DNA of 64,000 nucleotides, taken from positions 257,734-321,733 of the forward strand of contig CP175956.1 of assembly GCA_046116545.1 (NCBI GenBank), read 5' to 3'. A program made the position numbers and the translations under genes. Below are positions 59,274 to 64,000 of the stretch, one piece after another. Position 1 is the stretch's first letter. Each line of letters starts with the position of its first letter. Source of the stretch: Candidatus Moraniibacteriota bacterium. Lineage in GTDB: Bacteria; Patescibacteriota; Minisyncoccia; Moranbacterales; GCA-2747515. The notes below the pieces were generated by a model. That model made no database searches. It worked only from the letters and a program-made list of their open reading frames with translations, and was not told the DNA's origin.

Positions 59274-59609
59274 ATGCATCCAATTGCGATGGAACAAAAG
59301 ACTGGATTTACTATACATGATATATCACGATATATTACTCAAGATCTTTCCGCTACTGAACACTTATTGAACGACGCTGGCGTAATCTTTCTTGACACAT
59401 CAAGTAAACAAGACGAGGTTGCATTGGCAGAAGAACTTCTTATAAAAAGTTTGGCGTCACAAAAAAAGACAATGCAATTTATTGCATATTGCCAGCTACG
59501 CAGAGCTAATGGCTCTGCAACAATGCATACACATAATGCACTACGTAGTTATCGCTCAAATCAAGCTAATCTCGCCGTGATCGAAGAAGCTAAACTCCTA
59601 TGGTTATAA
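59274..59609 (+). CDS. Hypothetical protein
   Basis: SD AAGGAG, upstream TTGACT promoter candidate, downstream terminator. Confidence 0.65.
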   Translation: MHPIAMEQKTGFTIHDISRYITQDLSATEHLLNDAGVIFLDTSSKQDEVALAEELLIKSLASQKKTMQFIAYCQLRRANGSATMHTHNALRSYRSNQANLAVIEEAKLLWL

Positions 59610-59614
59610 ATATC

Positions 59615-59649
59615 AAAAACCCCTGGTCAATAATTGACTAAGGGGTTTT
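59615..59649. terminator. Bidirectional terminator
   Basis: AAAACCCCTGGTCAA-taa-TTGACTAAGGGGTTTT. Confidence 0.75.
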
Positions 59650-59788
59650 ATTTTTTGTCTTCATCATGTTTTGCAATGAGATCTCTAGTGAGTCGTATAA
59701 GTGCATGAAAAGGAAGCCAAATCCACAGCGTGCGTTCCAGCCACTTCCCCATCATCTGATTTATATTTGTATACTCTGAATTCGACAT
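59648..59788 (-). CDS. Small Trp-rich protein (46 aa)
   Basis: Read manually: MSNSEYTNINQMMGKWLERTLWIWLPFHALIRLTRDLIAKHDEDKK; 21 bp after the methyltransferase stop, ends at terminator. Confidence 0.55.
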   Translation of the reverse strand: MSNSEYTNINQMMGKWLERTLWIWLPFHALIRLTRDLIAKHDEDKK

Positions 59789-59809
59789 TTTTTTATAAAA
59801 ATTTAATAA

Positions 59810-60304
59810 CTATTTTTTTATATTGTCTATTAACTCATACATCGCTATTCCTGCTGCAACTGAAACATTTAATGATTTTTTATCTCCTCTCATAGGAATA
59901 TCTATCATTGTATCACAAAGTAATAAAGTATGCTCATCAATGCCTACTGGTTCATTACCAAGCACCAAGGCAATACTTTTATTTGTTTCAAATTTTTTGT
60001 AATTTATACTTTTGTCTCCTTGTTCCAAGGCAACAATTTGAACTCCTTCTTTTTTTAATTTATCTATAATATCATCAATTTTTTCATATCTATCCCATGA
60101 CACATATTCATGTGCTCCTAATGCTATCTTAATAAGCTTTCGCTCTGGCTTAGTTGTGTAAATTTGAGTACCGTCTGGTGGCGTTGGTGTATACCCAGTA
60201 AAATAAATGTGATCAACTCCAGCGCCATCCGCCGTACGAAAAATAGCACCCACGTTATGAGCACTTCGTATATTATGTAAAATTAAATAAAACTTTTTTT
60301 TCAT
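59810..60304 (-). CDS. SpoU/TrmH-family RNA methyltransferase
   Basis: NIRSAHNVGAIFRTAD, LVLGNE..G, IPMRG.KKSLNVSVAAGI. Confidence 0.93.
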   Translation of the reverse strand: MKKKFYLILHNIRSAHNVGAIFRTADGAGVDHIYFTGYTPTPPDGTQIYTTKPERKLIKIALGAHEYVSWDRYEKIDDIIDKLKKEGVQIVALEQGDKSINYKKFETNKSIALVLGNEPVGIDEHTLLLCDTMIDIPMRGDKKSLNVSVAAGIAMYELIDNIKK

Positions 60305-60370
60305 ATTGTTAGTTTGCGATTAAACTCAGAGCATACTATTATATATATAGTAAAACATTAAAGAAAAAAT

Positions 60371-60778
60371 ATGTCCACCCAAATTCAAGATCAAATAAAT
60401 AATAGTGAATTGACCACAGAAGACAAAGAAGATTTTATATTTTTTTTGAAAAATATATCCACTGAAGAATTAGAACAAATGACCGAAATGTTTAATAACA
60501 ATAGTTCTGAAATTGTTCCTTTCTGGATTACTCTAAAAGAAAAATTGATTTTTATGGAATTATTAGATGAAAATACTGATTTTTCTGATGAAGAAAAAAA
60601 TAATATTAAGCAACAAATTTCGGAAATGGGAGCTGAAGAATTTAGTATTTTCTTAGATACTATTGGAGAGATGACTGATGACGCTAATGTTGAAGAAAAA
60701 ATGAACTCACTATTAAAGCAAAGTAAAGAAATTAATGATGAACTATCATCATCAACCAAAAATCTAATCTCAGAATAA
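60371..60778 (+). CDS. Acidic helical hypothetical protein with internal repeat
   Basis: NSELTTEDKEDF / NTDFSDEEKNNI duplicated segments. Confidence 0.65.
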   Translation: MSTQIQDQINNSELTTEDKEDFIFFLKNISTEELEQMTEMFNNNSSEIVPFWITLKEKLIFMELLDENTDFSDEEKNNIKQQISEMGAEEFSIFLDTIGEMTDDANVEEKMNSLLKQSKEINDELSSSTKNLISE

Positions 60779-60787
60779 AAAAATAAT

Positions 60788-61399
60788 ATGAATAATTTTG
60801 AAAATACGACTCAAGGTGCAGAGGTAACACATGAGCAAGTAGCTATTGAGACTGCACAATCAATGCGTGAAATTGATGAACTACAAATAACTGCTGAAGA
60901 ATCTTTACATGAAATGACTGATTATTTAGATGAACAAGAATCCCCACTAAATGAAGAAAAGGTTGGTATACTGAGATCTATTGGTGAAAAATTTAAGAAA
61001 AGTAAACTATTAAAAGCAGCCGCACTAGCTGTTACATTCATGAGTGTTCAAGGTACCACATCATCATTTGCTGAAAGTTATTCGGGACGCTTAACGCTTG
61101 ATAAGTCTCATCAATTAAATGTTGGTGAATCTGACTTCAATAACCCTAGTAAAATACGATTGCAAAATGTAAATCAACTGCGCCTACGTGCATTACAACC
61201 TGAACAACTGTCTATTAATGGTAAAAATGTACTTCTTGGACATATAAGTCACTTCTCAAGAAATACATTACCAAATGCAACTATAAATGGTGGACCAGCT
61301 TATGAAATAGCTCCTAACATCTATGGTGATAAAAATACAATCTATAGACAAACTTCAGGAGGTGGAACTGTTTTAGTAGGTGGAATACATATTGAATAA
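60788..61399 (+). CDS. Hypothetical exported protein with long acidic N-terminal extension before a signal-like segment
   Basis: KKSKLLKAAALAVTFMSVQGTTSSFA at residues about 70-96. Confidence 0.6.
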   Translation: MNNFENTTQGAEVTHEQVAIETAQSMREIDELQITAEESLHEMTDYLDEQESPLNEEKVGILRSIGEKFKKSKLLKAAALAVTFMSVQGTTSSFAESYSGRLTLDKSHQLNVGESDFNNPSKIRLQNVNQLRLRALQPEQLSINGKNVLLGHISHFSRNTLPNATINGGPAYEIAPNIYGDKNTIYRQTSGGGTVLVGGIHIE

Positions 61400-61421
61400 T
61401 TATATACAATTTGCAAAAAAC

Positions 61422-61457
61422 AAAATCCAACATTTAATTAACTGAATGTTGGATTTT
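61422..61457. terminator. Bidirectional terminator
   Basis: AAAATCCAACATT...AATGTTGGATTTT. Confidence 0.75.
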
Positions 61458-61466
61458 ATTGTACTA

Positions 61467-62015
61467 TTATACTTTTAGATTTTTCAATTCTCTTCTAAGT
61501 TCTTTGTGATTTGGAATTGTTTTTTCAACAAGTTGCCAAAATTGTTTTGAATGATTCATCTGTGCTAAATGACAAAGTTCATGTACCACAACATAATCTC
61601 GAAGTTCATTTGAAATACACATTAACTTACAATTAAAATTAAGATTTCCATATGAAGAACAACTTCCCCATCTAGTTTTTTGATGTCTTATTGATACTCT
61701 ATTATATTTGAAATTATAGTATGAATTAAATTGCAAAAGCTTTGATTCTATAATTGGCCTGCAAGCTTTTTTCATATGTTTTACTACAGACTTATCGATT
61801 GTGATATTATTATTTTTATTTCCAATTTGAGCTATTATCCAATCACCATTTTTCACAAGTGCCTTCTCTATAAAAGATTTATTACACATCTTTGGAGCCG
61901 TAACAATAAGTGACCCATCTTGATGAATAATAAAATTAATTTGTCTTTGGTATTTTCGTTTTTTCAAAGTATACGAAATATTTTTATCATTTATTTTTAC
62001 AATATTTTGTAACAT
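61467..62015 (-). CDS. YgjP/DUF45-like metal-dependent hydrolase
   Basis: QKTRWGSCS, DYVVVHELCHL..MNHS..FW. Confidence 0.9.
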   Translation of the reverse strand: MLQNIVKINDKNISYTLKKRKYQRQINFIIHQDGSLIVTAPKMCNKSFIEKALVKNGDWIIAQIGNKNNNITIDKSVVKHMKKACRPIIESKLLQFNSYYNFKYNRVSIRHQKTRWGSCSSYGNLNFNCKLMCISNELRDYVVVHELCHLAQMNHSKQFWQLVEKTIPNHKELRRELKNLKV

Positions 62016-62040
62016 AATTTTATGTATAAGCTATAGAAAT

Positions 62041-62060
62041 ATTCCCGCCTTCGCGGGAAT
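62041..62060. repeat. REP/dRS3-like palindrome
   Basis: ATTCCC-GCCTTCGC-GGGAAT (ATTCCC-N8-GGGAAT). Confidence 0.55.
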
Positions 62061-62069
62061 GCCACGGGA

Positions 62070-62618
62070 TTAAAAAGCATAATGAAATCCACTCGCAATC
62101 AAAAAGAGTAATGTTATGTTTCCTATCCATAGAAAAGGAATTACCTTAATATATTTGAATTTCAGAACTCCTAATGTTACGACTAAAATGTCATTTGGGA
62201 TTGGTGCGAATGAGGCATATAGATATGTAAATAAATATACTCCCCACTTTGGTAGTTTTGAAACAAAATTAAGCATTTTATTATACAATTTATTATTACT
62301 CATCACATCTCCAGCACTCCGAGAAACAAAAAAGAATATACTGTCTCCTATTGCACCACCAGTTCCAGCAACGATACTTACAGTAAGTGGATCAAATCCC
62401 GCATTTATATAAGCAAGAAATGTAGCATAAAATGATGCTGATGTAAGAAATGATGTGCTAGATAATGCTGAAACTATAAAAAGTATTAGGTACATGTTTT
62501 TTATACCCATCGATTCCACAAGAACCTGAATGTCTACACTAAATAAAAATATAGCCCAAGCAATCAAAGCAATCGATGCAATTATTACTATTATTTTCTT
62601 TTTCTTGATTTTATCCAT
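62070..62618 (-). CDS. DedA/VTT-like membrane protein
   Basis: AGTGGAIGDSIFF..SR and FAPIPND motifs, about 5 TM. Confidence 0.75.
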   Translation of the reverse strand: MDKIKKKKIIVIIASIALIAWAIFLFSVDIQVLVESMGIKNMYLILFIVSALSSTSFLTSASFYATFLAYINAGFDPLTVSIVAGTGGAIGDSIFFFVSRSAGDVMSNNKLYNKMLNFVSKLPKWGVYLFTYLYASFAPIPNDILVVTLGVLKFKYIKVIPFLWIGNITLLFLIASGFHYAF

Positions 62619-64000
62619 TTAATTGCTTTACGATAAATTTCTTAATCTTTTTTTCTGACAAGCCCACACTATCTAACACTTCTTCTCTTGAACCATGTAT
62701 AGTAAATTCATCTGGTAATCCTAGCATTTTTACTTTTACATCATATCCTTTATTCAAAATGTACTCACCGACTGCACTACCTGCGCCACCTGCAATAACA
62801 TTGTCTTCTACTGTTACAATGACATCATGTGTCTTAATCAGTTTATCTATCAATTTTCCATCAAGCGGTTTAATAAACCGCATATTTACCAATGTTATAT
62901 CAAACTCTCGGGCAACTCTCATACATCTCTCAACCATTGCCCCATACGCCAATATAGCAATTTTCTTACCTTTATTTAAAATTTGACCCTTACCTATCTT
63001 TACAATAATATTGTTTTTTTCTAATTGTTCGGATGCACCACCTCGAGGATATCTCAAAACTGTTGTCCCTTCAAAATCATACAAGACATCTAACATCTTT
63101 GCACTTTCTTTCAAGTCTGCTGGTGCTGCAATCACTACATTTGGAACACATCTCAAAAATGAAATATCAAAACTTCCGGCATGTGTTGCTCCATCAGGGC
63201 CAACTATACCAGCTCTATCAACCGCAAACATTATGTCCAATTTTTGTAAGGCAACATCATGTATAAACTGATCATATGCTCTTTGCAAAAAAGTTGAATA
63301 AATTGAAACTATTGGTTTTTTACCTTCACAGGCAAGTCCTGCTGCAAATGTAACAGCGTGTTGTTCTGCAATTCCTACATCATGATATCTCTTTGGATAT
63401 TTATCTCGAAATGCTTTCAAGCCAGAACCCTCACACATAGCAGGAGTTACTGCGTGAAGTTTCTTGTCATTACTAGATTTATCCATAATCCAATCAGCGA
63501 ATATATCTGTATATGTTTTATCTTTTTTCTTTTCATCTTGCTTCTTAGTTTGATTTTTGGTTTTTTTATCACATTCCATTTCAAATGGACTTACTGCATG
63601 AAGTGATGTTGCATCTTTTTTTGCATCTTCAAATCCTCTGCCTTTTTCAGTAATTACATGTAATAATTTTGGACCTTTGAAATCTTTTATATTATTCAAA
63701 ACACGTGACAAAGTCTCAACATCATGCCCATCAACTGGTCCAAAGTATTCAAATCCTAATTCCTCAAACAGATTTCCTGGTGTTAATATACCTTTTGCAG
63801 AAAGTTCAGCCTTGCGTGCAATCTCATGCATTATAGGTGCTTTTTTTGATAAAATATCTTTACTACCTCGTCTCAAATGTTGAAACTTTTTTGATGAAAC
63901 TAATCTTGTTAAATATTTATGCATTGCGCCCACATTTGGTGAAATCGACATTTCATTATCATTGAGTATTACCAATACATCAGATTTTATATCTCCGGCA
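62611..64000 (-). CDS. dxs: 1-deoxy-D-xylulose-5-phosphate synthase, 3' part (N-terminus beyond window end)
   Basis: VILNDNEMSIS, YFGPVDGHD, TPAMCEGSGL, IAEQHAV, YSTFLQRAYDQ, DRAGIVGPDGATHAG, RYPRG; frame open to window edge. Confidence 0.95.
   Translation of the reverse strand, partial: AGDIKSDVLVILNDNEMSISPNVGAMHKYLTRLVSSKKFQHLRRGSKDILSKKAPIMHEIARKAELSAKGILTPGNLFEELGFEYFGPVDGHDVETLSRVLNNIKDFKGPKLLHVITEKGRGFEDAKKDATSLHAVSPFEMECDKKTKNQTKKQDEKKKDKTYTDIFADWIMDKSSNDKKLHAVTPAMCEGSGLKAFRDKYPKRYHDVGIAEQHAVTFAAGLACEGKKPIVSIYSTFLQRAYDQFIHDVALQKLDIMFAVDRAGIVGPDGATHAGSFDISFLRCVPNVVIAAPADLKESAKMLDVLYDFEGTTVLRYPRGGASEQLEKNNIIVKIGKGQILNKGKKIAILAYGAMVERCMRVAREFDITLVNMRFIKPLDGKLIDKLIKTHDVIVTVEDNVIAGGAGSAVGEYILNKGYDVKVKMLGLPDEFTIHGSREEVLDSVGLSEKKIKKFIVKQLNG

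Noticed and set aside
59701-59895. 64-aa plus-strand ORF
   Set aside because: Overlaps the methyltransferase antisense; the minus-strand 46-aa ORF fits the local layout better.
1-64000. Alternative genetic code (UGA=Gly, Gracilibacteria/Absconditabacteria)
   Set aside because: Long conserved genes are intact under code 11 and several genes (purN, purM) end at TGA at the expected position.

Overview
AT-rich bacterial chromosome segment using genetic code 11 (TGA is a stop). Gene content and style (pilMNO-pilB-RR-pilT-pilC without pilPQ, stand-alone rpoBC, short TsaB-like gene, tRNAs without encoded CCA, few SD sites) suggest Patescibacteria/CPR, probably Parcubacteria; this is an inference. 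Left to right: a glycosylation locus between two type IV pilin genes, the T4P machinery, recA-rodZ-ftsK, an ECF sigma module with two matching promoters, Fur/Zur plus ZIP transporter, an MsrQ-like/ApbE flavinylation module, an accessory region ending at tRNA-Ser(GCT), tRNA-Arg(GCG), tRNA-Ser(TGA), sufCBD, rpoBC, a GC-richer purN-purL-purM block, smpB-tmRNA, infC-rpmI-rplT and a partial dxs. The most notable observation is an array of four direct ~38-bp repeats (31373-34504). Each follows a hairpin and separates 1-2 unrelated genes. They share their first bases with the tRNA-Ser 3' end and vary like a coding sequence (xGxWxDxxTFL), suggesting an integron-like, tRNA-anchored cassette array with no integrase in the window.
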